From assembly GCA_030141605.1 (NCBI GenBank), contig JAQGDQ010000091.1:1-64000 (forward strand): 64,000 nucleotides of DNA, written 5' to 3'. Positions within the stretch are counted from its first letter, which is position 1, and every line of letters begins with the position of its first letter. Source of the DNA: Tubiluchus corallicola (lineage: Eukaryota; Animalia; Priapulida). Shown piece after piece: positions 37,258 to 48,100 of this stretch. The notes beneath the pieces were generated by a model, which saw nothing but the letters and a program-made list of their open reading frames with translations, did not search any database and was not told the origin of the DNA. Both the position numbers and the translations under genes were made by a program.

Positions 37258-40200
37258 TTGAACAGGTTAAGGTTAAAATTTTTGGATCTTCAAGTCAAGC
37301 TTTGCCAAATTTAACGTAGTTTAGGTTAGTTATTGTGACGTGGTGCTAATGTGCTTACTAACTTATAAAGGTCAAGGTGAAGAATATATCCTTGCTAGTT
37401 TTAAAAGTCAAGGTGATAAAAAATGATACTTTGCTCTGATAGAGAGACGCAATGTGCAAGACATGCACACAAACAGCAACACAGCTGTAATAGACTACCA
37501 AGTGACATATATGAGGTCAGAAAATGATATATTAGTTCGGAAAATGCAGAAAAGGAAGAATCTTCTAATCAGAGAGGTGGAAGATTACCGCATGATCAAC
37601 ACCTAAAATACAGACAAAATAAACCCAATTTTTTGAGATAAAGACAAAAAGAAAGTGGCGAAGTATACATATTTTTAGTATTTTGAAATTTGATTCCCTT
37701 GAAATGAAACAAAAAATTTTGCAATGTCAGTGTGATATGTTAAAATCGATTTTATAATCTGCAGAGTAACAGGCCGTTTGTTTACCAAATTTAGGGACAT
37801 TTTCAGTTATTTCACGTGATGGTTTTGTAACGAGCTAATGCCTGTATTAAAACCCCTTCGGCTGAAAATAGTATCACATCATACTTGTCCACGTGCAGAC
37901 CTGCATACTGATTAACTCTATAGGAATTTATTCATTCATTTCGCGTAATAAATACGCTGGGTTTTTTGTCCGCTGAGGCTATTCTGACATTTAGCGCCTA
38001 GACTGATCACGCGCTGTTCCCGTGCGCTCAGAATGCAGCGAACTCTTGTAGACCCCGAGCATATCCTATAAACACCCCAGCTCAGAGCTAACGTTAGCAT
38101 TTTACATGAAGCCACTCTACGAGCGACACAGATTTCTTGAAGCGTAATTGCTGTAATAAAGTTCATCTTTAAAACAATTGTTGACGTGTTTTTAAATCAA
38201 CTGAAGTTAAAGAGGAGAGAGAGAGTCTCAAAGAATTTGTAATACATTGGATCGATTGTTTGTTAGAGATATCGGAAGACGTTGAATTTTCGTATCCTCA
38301 CGTTGCGTCGTCATTGATCAGCAAGGTATTTTTGTTGTTTTGGTAACTGTTTGCATAGTCAGGTTGTGTCAGGTGATATAAATTTGTAGGCTGAAGGAGC
38401 AATGAAGTTTGTACTGCTTATCTAGAAACGCAGATAGTGTTTTGTTTACACAAATTGTTGCAAGACATTCACACTTTGTAGTAATAGTGTCATTTTTGCC
38501 CAATAAGCGTAGCTGTGTGTACGGTTTAATGCAGGACACCTGTTTGACTTGATTGGTGTTTTATTGGTATTTAACTTATTGTTTCTTTTTTATTGGTACC
38601 TAATCATTATTTTTTTTCCAATGATTTTGTAAGCCTAATTTTGTGTGCTACATTACTGTGTTTTATTTTAGTAAGTTTAATTTAACAGAGGTATGTATGA
38701 AAATGTATGATGTTAAATCTTATCTATTATCAGACATTAGATTACACATTACAAAAACACATTACACTTTTCGGTAGCGTGAGTAATTTTCGAAGAATAC
38801 TTATTTTATCGATAGTTTAAGTTGTGATTTTAGATGAAACTTTCTTTATGCTTACTTACGTTTTTTCCCATGTTTGCACTGTTTTATGCTTTTAATTGAT
38901 ACATTCAGCTCTGTACTCATCTCTTTTTGCTTGAACTAAGAGAATTTCAGTTTTAATATTGTGTTTGGCTTGTTACAACTAGGTAACCGAAAACTGGTTC
39001 AGTGAAACTGTAATTTATCGTGTATCTTTAAATATCCAAAAATAAAACTAATTATTGCCACTTCATTGGCATTGTATTAGTATTACACTGCATTTTATTT
39101 TTACTTTTACAAGTTTGATTCTTGTTGAGGCTAATTACCTAAAATACCGCTGCGTTAAAGGAAAACTGCAATTTGTTGTTAACAAAAGTGCTACTTAAAC
39201 TAATTAAGATGTTGGTAACCAAGCATTATAAATCATTGGTTGTTAAAATAGTGTTTGGTGATAAAACAGCATGAAAACGCTAACGTAGGTTTATAATTTT
39301 GTTCAATCTTTCAGTGCATTTGTAAACATTTTTTACACAGGCCTTACACTTTGAATTGTTGCTAATATTTGTTATTTTGGCAAAGCCACCACACTGCATG
39401 TGGGTGTTGACTCGCATTGCCAGAATACGGTAAACATGTTTGCTCGAATAGCTTTCTCCCAGGCATGTTTATACAAGCAGCTAGTGGCCACAAAGCGAGG
39501 TCACTCCGATTGAACAGAGCTAGACAGCCGCTTGGCTTGTTTGCTCCAGATATCGAGGTCGAGGATAGTTCATTTTGAAGCCACGTTACCATCAACTAGC
39601 TAGTTGAAGCTCAAGCAGCTGCCTAGCTCGCTCGCGTTATTGATCACAAAGCTGAAGCCATGCAGCTTGCACGTGGACAGCTCTTGCCGATCATTCACTC
39701 ATCAGCTGCCGAGCATGCGCAGTACATTGACGCACGCGAAGAATAGTCACAGAAAACAATTGCTATGTCATTGATACTGTGTGCATAACTGAGGTGAATG
39801 AAGTTCATGCAAGATTTCCAACGCGACTCGGCTTAGGTGATTCTGATTTAATCGAAACCTAATCTGTGACATGAAACGTGGATCCGACATAGGTTGTTGT
39901 GTCGCAATGCCTGTTACTTACGAATTTGGCAAGGATAGAAGGTAGAGTCCACCCTTAAAAAGTAATTCGGTGATAACACTTGACTTATTTTTTATTTCGG
40001 TGCTTTTCACTTTTTTGGCAAACAAACTCAATTATTTTTTTTTATTTTTCAGCATGGTTGTTGACAGGAAAGGAGACACATTTGGTATTATTCCAAAGAT
40101 GCCAAAGATGGGTGACAGCACAGAGTCAGATGATATTATGTGCATAAACAACAGCAGTCCCATCCGAACAGTAGACATCATTGCTTTGACAGTAGATGCC

Positions 40201-41567
40201 ATCAAGGCAGAAAAGGGTAAATAACATTTATTGCTTATTGTAGTCACTGTTTTTTCTATTCTAGTACATAATTGCTGTACTTTTTTGGAATTTTTCGCAT
40301 GATGTTATCGATCACAGTATTATCTTTTTATACTGGAAATGGTTTTTTCTTGCAGGTTGTTGTAACGTTTTAATGGTAGGCTGCAGCAATGTTCTGGACC
40401 AAACTTTGGATGAAGCCAACAAAAGATTCAAAGGATCAGTCAAGTTCACAGCAGCTACAACTGATGTAAGTGTAACTTGATTGAATATGCATAACTAGAT
40501 AAACACTGGGAATGATTTTTATAGTTTTATTTCCTGCTCCTTTGGGAGCTACAACACTTGAAAAGGCACAGGCATACTTGGCAGGAGGGGAGAGTACGCC
40601 TATGACAGAAGTAAGGAGAAAGAAGTAATAATAATGAACTGCTATACCTAATGTCGAATATGAGCGACTAATATGTTAACTGTAAAATTAGCAGTAAAAC
40701 TGGTTACCCTTTCTTTTACAGTGTGATTATGATCACATTTTCTCAGCAGACGAGTATGAATGCTTCGTTGTGCATTGGGATCCTAGAGGTAATTAAAAAT
40801 ATTTTATTTGCTTGTTTTAGCTTTTTATAAAGATTGTTTTTACACTTGTTTTTTGAACGAGTATTTTCCAGTGTCACAATAATTTGTTGTTCAAAAGCAA
40901 CCTTTCATTTTAAAGAGTAAGGTAATATGCTAGAATTAACATATTTTAATTATTTCCTTTGTTTGGTTTGTTTTTTATTTTAAATATAAAAATTTAATGA
41001 GAATGTGTAAACAAGACTATCTAGTAAGGTAACAGTCTTGAATTGGTCTTTTTTATAGAGCACGAGCAGACTCTGATAGAATTGACAGGAGTTGTGTGTT
41101 GTGGTGGATTGGACATAGTTGTCTGTTGTGAACCCAGCACACGAATACTTAAAAGGTGCCTCGGCTGTCTTAAAAAGGTACATATTTTGTTTACAGTAAG
41201 AATAGATCTGAAAAGTAATGATCTGATTTGTGATTGTATCATTTTAACTGTGATTTCAAGTTTAATATCAAAGTTTAATTTTGTTCTGGACATTACTATG
41301 AATGAATCTTCCTAAAGCTCGAAGAGTGGTATTTAATCATGTGGAATGCAAGTGCTTTAGTTAGAAGATATCAAAACACAACTCTTTAAACCCACTTGTC
41401 AATAGACTGTGTTTTGAACTGTGTTGCCACGTAGTTAGAGTTACTACAAATCCTGTGTATTTTTTTTTTAGGGCGGAACGCTAATCACGAGGCAGAGCGC
41501 AAACATTACGTCTCAGGTGTACGAAGTAGCGAAGGCTAGAAATCAGAGTATTAAGTTGGAGCTATAG
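31245..41567 (+). CDS. Uncharacterised small protein: degenerate MDR/zinc-ADH-type Rossmann (cofactor-binding) domain only, ~184-208 aa
   Basis: Exons 31245-31315, 40053-40216, 40356-40465, 40722-40788, 41059-41177, 41472-41567 all have GT-AG boundaries and consistent phases (627 nt). Core protein: MVVDRKGDTFGIIPKMPKMGDSTESDDIMCINNSSPIRTVDIIALTVDAIKAEKGCCNVLMVGCSNVLDQTLDEANKRFKGSVKFTAATTDCDYDHIFSADEYECFVVHWDPREHEQTLIELTGVVCCGGLDIVVCCEPSTRILKRCLGCLKKGGTLITRQSANITSQVYEVAKARNQSIKLEL. The pattern VLMVG...IELT...GGLDIVV...LGCLKKGGTLI resembles the ADH_zinc_N domain. Confidence 0.8.
34230..34249 (+). CDS. Alternative first coding exon (MCNVCLS) of the Rossmann-only gene
   Basis: aacATGTGTAATGTTTGTCTCAG|gtatgt: a strong donor in phase 2, in frame with the exon starting at 40053. 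Confidence 0.5.
35642..36005 (+). mobile_element. Helentron-associated (HINE/DINE-1-like) non-autonomous element
   Basis: Starts TTTTTACCTCCGCCAAGGAGTTTATG and ends GGAGGTCTGCTTCCTATTGAGCTATTCTGGTT. This gives a subterminal inverted repeat (ACCTCC/GGAGGT), a T-rich insertion context and a 3' end similar to 305-345 and 25205-25245. The family assignment is from recognition only. Confidence 0.6.
39871..39941 (+). CDS. Alternative proximal first coding exon (MKRGSDIGCCVAMPVTYEFGKDRS) of the Rossmann-only gene
   Basis: ATG at 39871 opens 71 nt to GAAG|gtagag, phase 2 and in frame with exon 40053. It is preceded by a GC-richer promoter-like stretch (39400-39830) with CACGTG and GCATGCGCAG. Confidence 0.6.
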
Positions 41568-43927
41568 ACTACTGACAGCATTGTACTTGATACATTCACT
41601 TACTGTTGTAATCATTCATCTTGTAAATACGCTTCGTCTCGCAAATTTCTAAATAGTTCAGACTATGTTTTATTACAAATTTGTGTGATTTTGGATTGGT
41701 AGTAAACATCAGCATTTTTTCAATAATGATGAATTTTGGCTCTGAACTTGATGGTTGTGGAAAACCAGTCTGATAATTAAAGCCATCGAGTCTTTGTTTA
41801 CGTCTAAAACAAATTACCAGAATTTAATGTAAACCTGTGTACATGTTTCAAGGTGTAATATAATGATAAGATTATGAATGTGTATATACTGTTATTGTGT
41901 ATTATCTGTACAAGTAGATATTGGCACAACTTCATAGATTCTATAGATGTAGTATATAAACAATCCACTGCAGGGAGTTTTTATCTGTTTTCATCTTGAA
42001 TAGTTTATTTAAGTGGCACAGTTGGATCATTCAGTATAGATTAAGTTTTCGATACTTGTATTTCTTTTTATTGAAGCTTTGAATATCACAAACAACAAGG
42101 TTTGTTTCAAACTGTAGTAAATCTCTTCTGAAGCATACATAAGCATTGCATTGGTGCCCAACTCTTATTTGAAAAAATAGCTTGTGCTATGATGATTTTA
42201 ACATTCTTATTAAGATCTGTGAAAATACGTGTAAACATTTGTGTAGAAACGGCTGTGCATAATCTTGTAATAAATAATTTATTATTTGGTAAGAAATTGT
42301 TTGCCTTTTTTGGTGTTTGGAGAGTACAGGATGAATAACATGGTGACCACTTGAACTGTGAACTTTGCTGAGAGTGTTATTCCTAAAATTTGGAGTTCAT
42401 TCCTGACGTTTATAAGTCTAATGAAACATTTTCTAAATTTACTGTGCGATTGTTGGTATTGAGTTATTTCATGAATTAGAAAATAATTATATCGAACAAG
42501 CATTAACTGTGACTGCGAAATGAGAAGCATATGCCTGCACAAAAAGTTGAACTAAAAAAATCAAGGATGGAGCGCCCTCTCTCAGGAAGAATGTAAAACT
42601 GACGCTAGTTGTCCTGCCAGCGTCCGCTGCTTATAAATCACTACTATCCGGGTATTTCGTTCGATTCAAGAACGTCGCGCCCTCTCTTAGGCTCATAACG
42701 TTACGTTGTCCTCAAAAATCTAATGCTGTGCTTTATTCTGTTTTATGCCGGAGAAAAATGTTCTTGGATTTTATCAGAAAGAAACTACATGACCTTTGAG
42801 CATAGCAGTTATTACATTATGTGACAATGTTCAGATGAAATCTAAAAAATAGTATTTATTAATCGCTTGTTTTTTCTTTTTTTGTGGGAGATTGTCCATA
42901 GTTGTGAATGGGAACGGTGCGTATTTTTATTGTGATTGTTTATTAATTCTTTTGTGAATTATAATGTTAATGTTTATGATAGTCAATGGGTTTTTAAGAA
43001 AATTAAGGGAAAATTAATATAGTTCGCATTAATTTCAACTTCGTTGTAGTCGTCACTTTTTTTAAACATAGACACTAAATCGATTTTACATAGGTTTGCA
43101 GTAAGACAGTTTACTTTGTCTACACAATTAAAATGAAGTAATGAAAGTGATTATAATAACATGACAAAATATTAACAGTTGGCCTGTTAATTAAATGTTC
43201 AATAAAATAAACAAATTAGACATAAATAAAAATGCTTATAAGTCATAATAAAACATGGCTTCTGTTGCATAATAGGCCGATGTATAGTTCGAGCAAGTGG
43301 TTAAAAAATTATAATAAGCACAGCTTCGTAAATAGGCACTCAAACGATGTATCCAATTTTAATAGCGTCATCGTTGTTTTCATATAATAATAATCAAGCA
43401 AAATAGCTAGCAAGATTTGCAAAATGAGAAGATTATCACTTTCCATTAAAATTTCCATTGGAGCAGTGGTTGGCACTAATTGTAACATTGCCTTTTTTGG
43501 TTTAGATGTATCTACTATAGCATTTTAATTAAACAATAATTATTGCGACAATATAATTTATAATTCTAGAAGTACATAGGCTAGTCCTGTGTAGTTGATA
43601 TTAGTTTGCTTTGCTGAAATATAGGCCATATAATTGTATTGCACCTAATTTCTCGGAAATATGCTTTACTAAAATAAGACATGAAATTTTTTATAGTATT
43701 GCCACGACAACTTATTAATCTGCAATAATAATGATGATGATGATGGTGATGATTATGATGATGATTATGATGATGTCGATGCGATGATGATAATGACTAT
43801 GATGACTTTTCCTATGAAAACAAAAAATAAAACATTGATGTTAAACTAACAACACTTGTAGTTAAATTGTATGTGCGTTTTAATACTATAGTTGCAAAAA
43901 TTTCCCTTGTGTCTAGAGATTTTTAGA

Positions 43928-45065
43928 TTAGTCCACATGTGTAGTATGGTTGGCTATGTGGAACTTTAACTCGTATGGTTGTGAGAAGTTTTGACCGCAT
44001 ATGCGACAAACGCAACGTTCTTTATCGTGACTGCGCCTGACGTGACTATCGTGTGCGGCATGCGACGCAAATGACTTTCCACAGAACTTGCACTGCAATA
44101 AAAAGAAAAAATGAAAAGATGAGAAGGTTGAAAAATAACACGTCTTTGAAAAGTAAAACACTTGTTGCTATTGTATTGCTGATAATTGGAACTAGAAACA
44201 GTTTGCACCATATTTCTAATAATAATAATTTGTAAAACTCGCAAAATCCTTGTATAGATGGCGCAACAAGGCTGAATTGTTTCACGCATACCTTAAATGG
44301 TTTCTCGCCACTGTGTTGGCGTATGTGGGTCCTGAGAATACTGGAAGCTGTGAAAGCTTTGCTGCAATAAACGCATTTGTATGGCCTCTCACCACTGTGT
44401 ACTCTCATATGCTTATTAAGACTAGATGACTGAGAGAAACACTTGCTGCATACCGCGCATTTGTGTGGACGATGTTTCTCGTGAACGTGCAAGACGTGAA
44501 TCCGAAGCCGGTCTCTTTTCTCAAACGATCTGTAAGGTGAAAATTTAAGCACCCGTGCTGTTACTTTCATGTCAATTTCATTTTGACTGCTTAAAAAAAT
44601 TTGCTGGCACAAAAGCAATAATCTAACGGAAGAAAATTTAACTGGCAATGTCAAGAAAATTTTCTGGTTAACATGTATTCGTAACTCAATAATCATAATT
44701 ATATAATTGACTATTTGTAATCTAAGTCAATTTTCAATAAAACAAAGCTTCAAAAGTAAACATAATTATGTTTAGATTTATAAATATGATAATTAAAAAT
44801 AGAGAGTTTGCGCTGTTTTTGACTAATGTACTTCAGTTCACATATTCTGTCAGCGGGCTTAATGACATTTATGTGTTTGGCAGGGCAGCCTAAGCCCAAC
44901 AACAGTGTTCAATAGCATAGAAGAAGAAAAAAGGACCCATGTGAGACGGGACTGGTGTTGGGATAGATAGATACGGCATTCATTTGCACACAGAACGCCA
45001 AAGGCTCAGAGAACATTATTAAACCAAACGAATTGCTATATAAATAAATAAATCAATAAGTATAC

Positions 45066-45098
<33 letters not shown>

Positions 45099-45117
45099 AG
45101 TGTGTGTGTGTGTGTGT

Positions 45118-45153
<36 letters not shown>

Positions 45154-48100
45154 GTACGCGCAGGCCATGTACTGAAACGTTAAGGTTTATTATCTTATAA
45201 TAGTTTCTCAATCGTTCCAAAAATCACAGTCCAATGATGTTCGTACAAAACTTTCTTGCTTTGCATTTTTAATTAGGATTTATGACTATTGTAAAGAAGC
45301 ACCGAGATCTCCAGATGGAGTGCATTTTTAAGAATAAACTATTTCACATTTTGTAATACATTTGGTAAATGAACTTAACATATGAAATATAATCTCACCT
45401 AGAACACAAACTACAAGGAAATTTTCTATCCCCTTTGTCCACGCACCGGGTGTATTTCAAGTGTTTATCTCTGTAATATCTGTATGCAAAAACCTTTCCA
45501 CAACGTTCACATGAATAACCTTCCGCATCTGCAAAAAATAAAACCATCTAGTTTAGTCGTCACTTAATAATGTTTCCGAACCTATTTTAGTTAAAACAAA
45601 CTATGCAGATACATTACAGGGCACAAGTAAAATTCAGAAGAGTAGTTAGATGTCTAGCTTCTTGGGGAATTTAGCATGAAACGTGTTTAGCGTAGGCCTA
45701 CATAATTAGATTTGTATCGAAATTACCAAACGTACTTTCACTTTTTTCAGTGCCGAAAACATCAAAGGTTTCTTTGAGAGCTACTGGAATTCCAAAGAAC
45801 TGCAAATAAGCGTCCCCATACCAAACCAACAGCTCTGTTCCTGAAAGAGGAAAAAACAATAGGTAGCCATGATATCCACGTACAAGTTATGGTCAATATG
45901 TTCACCGACTATCAGTGCAACAAATATATTGCCGCTCTGTAGTAACTATTTTCAGGCAAAAGGGAAGAAGAAAGCGCACAAATAATCGCTAAATACAATT
46001 TATTTTTTTGAAATTTATAACACACCTATTAAACTGGCAATTGTGTCATAAATTATAAAATGCGAAAAACTATTAAATGTCAGTAATTTTCCTCTTTCGC
46101 TACCCCGCTAACGGAAAATAGCGCACACAGTGGTATTCTAAGATGCCGTATGTTTTCAATTTCATTATGGATAGATTTTTTTATTAATTTTTCATATTTC
46201 TGTCAATAAATCTCATTTAAAATTGTGCGCTAATTAATTTTTCGGTATGAGTACGTTTATTAGTTGGTATTGTGTCCATGTTTTGGTTTGTACTAATGAA
46301 CATTTACTGCATGTTCTTCAATTATTTTAAAGCAATTACCTCACAATGTATTGCCCACTAATACTATGAGGCTAAAAATAAGGTTGCAGGCCGTGAATGA
46401 AGCATGAATGTTTACCCACCTTGGTTGACATCTTTGCATACTTCGTAGTAAATTTCTCCATCTTTTTGAACAGCTATGAGGTTTTGTTCGTGGGCAAAGC
46501 GCGCGTTGTTCACATAACACATCCAGTTTGCAGCCGGACCTCTCCCGTCTACAAAATGACTCAGCTTACCATTCATAAATACCTTGAAAAAACGTGCAAA
46601 AGTTTAATATCAAGTTATTAATTCACGCCTGGATTTTAGCTTGGTTTTTGCCCTTTTTCAGTTTTATTACTGCACAGAATAAAAGTATCGTGATTTGTTA
46701 ACTGAGAACGCCTGTGCTAGAGTTTTGGCAATTTCTAGGTGGCTGATGTGATTTTAATTGTTCTGTTGTAGTTTAACATGCAGGATCAACACATATCATT
46801 GGCATAAATAAATAGCTAAATTAATGAATTATATGCTTCTTTTAAATTAGGGTCTGAAAAACGAAGTGAATGGGTGAATGACCGAATAAATAAATAAATT
46901 AGTGAGTAAACAAGTAAAGAAAGACACAGACAAATGTACAAACAAGTAAGTGAGTGAAAGACCAATCGAACGAAGAAAGAGAAGGACGGAGAAAAAGGAG
47001 GGATAATAAAAGAAATATGGAAAATCATGGAAAAAAGAGATTATGTTTTAAGCAGAGAAAAGAAATTATTATAAACTGAAGGGTAACAAACCAATGCACT
47101 ACATTTCTAAGTAAAATTTATACGTTAAATGCCACAATAACTTTGGAATAATTTATTTTAGTACTAATTTTTCATCGATATAAGAAAGAAAATATGAGAA
47201 TGTAAAAATATAAAATACAATGTGTTACTGTTTTACCTCCCACATATGCGTGTTGTCGTCATACGTTTTTATTTCGCTCATGTGGACCACCCTTCCAGCA
47301 AATGGACCAAATCTGGTCCCTTTGGTCAGTCGACCGTTATCACAGAAAACTCCGTAGTGTGCATGATCCATTAAATACGTGAGCCTGATAGTTAATCCTG
47401 CAACATCGATGCATTTTTCATCCGTTTAAGACAATTATTATTATGTTTTTTGCAGCCCTTTTCTCTATCATGTCCATCGATAGGTTAGTAACCATATTGA
47501 CTTATCATCTCTAAATGGATGAATGAATAAAGGAACGAACGAATGAGAAATGATTGCTTGAACAAAAAAGAGACAGAATGATTGAACGAATATACAAATG
47601 AGTGAGTGAACGAAGGAACGCCTGGACGAACATGTAGTCAGCTTTTTAATCTGATCTTCAGCGGAAGAGTTGCTAGTAGATCTTTATCTATTACTATCAT
47701 CATCATCATGACCATCATTATCATTATTAGCTACTATCATCGTCTGTAATGGCTGAAGTGACGGTGGAAGTTGGGGCGGGCAATTGTTAAGTAGTTTGGA
47801 TAGTGGTAGTGAAATATCGATAATAGTAAAGATTGAGTAGTGATGTTGTTACTAAGAAGGCCGTAAGGAGGTGTTAATATCGTCTATGTTAGAGTTGTAG
47901 TGGCAAAAATGTTGGTGATAGCCGTAATAGAAACAGCAAATCTAAAACTGTTTAACACACCACAGTATTTAATTGAAATCAAGAAATTTCGACAGTGCAA
48001 CTACCCTCTTCAAATAAACTTATAATTAAAATTATAATTTTGCATAGTATAAAAGCTTAGATATAAATTACAAGATTGCAAATAATATATCAATTTTTAA

